A stretch of 63,713 bases of DNA, filler included, from Octopus bimaculoides (lineage: Eukaryota): assembly GCF_001194135.2 (NCBI RefSeq). It is 4 parts of 3 records of this genome, joined end to end, with 100 filler letters (N's around TTAATTAATTAA, not from the genome) between each part and the next. Parts side by side here need not be neighbours in the genome. Positions count along the whole stretch, not along the records: positions 62,503 to 63,713 come from NC_068982.1; 3 more parts are not named here. One strand, 5' to 3'. The notes under the pieces were generated by a model, which searched no databases, was not told the DNA's origin, and saw nothing but the letters and a program-made list of their open reading frames with translations. Below are positions 63,268 through 63,713 of this stretch, one piece after another. Every line of letters starts with the position of its first letter. The stretch's first letter is position 1. The translations under genes and the position numbers were made by a program.

Positions 63268-63600
63268 AACTTCTCCGCGTCTGGCTGTACAGCCTTTTTG
63301 TTTGTTTATTTCACCGTTTTGTTTTCCTGTCTTGTTTTCCGTCCGCCACTATCATCCATGAAAAAATTTAATTTGTGTTCGTGGGAAGAGCCATTTTAAT
63401 GATGCGTCCTGCCCTAACTCTTCGAAACGCCGGTGTTTTAATGGTTGCAGCTGATGAAGGATATGTTCTCTATGTGGCCTGCTTGTTTGTTGTACCTTGT
63501 TTATCATTTTGTCCATGTTCCTTTGCAACGTCATGTACTCAGATATGTATCTATATGTACATGTAGATGAAGGTATGTACATATATATGCATATACTCAT
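63268..63600 (+). repeat. Dispersed repeat family A, longest copy in window
   Basis: Joins the segments seen separately (inverted) at 26459-26612 and 41690-41857. Contains CGAAAC...CTGATGAAGG. Confidence 0.85.
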
Positions 63601-63713
63601 ATATTGTTTGTATCACACGATCGAACGCACTCGTTATCTTTACACAGTAAGTTTTGAACTATTTTTCTAACGCGACTCTCTCTATCTCTATATCTATCTC
63701 CCCCTCTCATTCT

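Overview
This is an AT-rich, repeat-dominated eukaryotic window with many assembly gaps and microsatellites. Its SINE families and composition look like a cephalopod, probably Octopus (inference, not a database match). I found no confidently supported host protein-coding exon, rRNA, tRNA gene or CRISPR array. Almost all long ORFs in the supplied track are artefacts of N-runs or microsatellites, or are transposon relics. Recognisable content: a near full-length decayed CR1-type LINE (46.3-50.8 kb); a Hero-type RLE LINE relic; four stacked Dong/R4-type LINE 3' fragments; two RTE fragments; older L2/Jockey- and CR1-like relics; two Penelope-like (PLE) fragments (GIY-YIG and RT); a Gypsy LTR+PBS+gag fragment and a second LTR; several Tc1/mariner elements including one near-complete Tc1; about 9 SINEs; a foldback-like inverted-repeat structure; and three artificial N44-TTAATTAATTAA-N44 scaffold linkers. 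The most interesting signal is invisible in the ORF track: several hammerhead-ribozyme-like motifs. The best is an almost textbook type I hammerhead on the minus strand (26827-26874). It sits in a ~340-bp terminally redundant non-coding repeat that recurs at 37561-37956 with a compensatory stem change, i.e. a retrozyme-like element. Two further hammerhead-like motifs bracket the PLE endonuclease fragment. Two unrelated repeat families also share a permuted core (GAAA-N23-CTGATGA). All structures were read by eye and none was computed.
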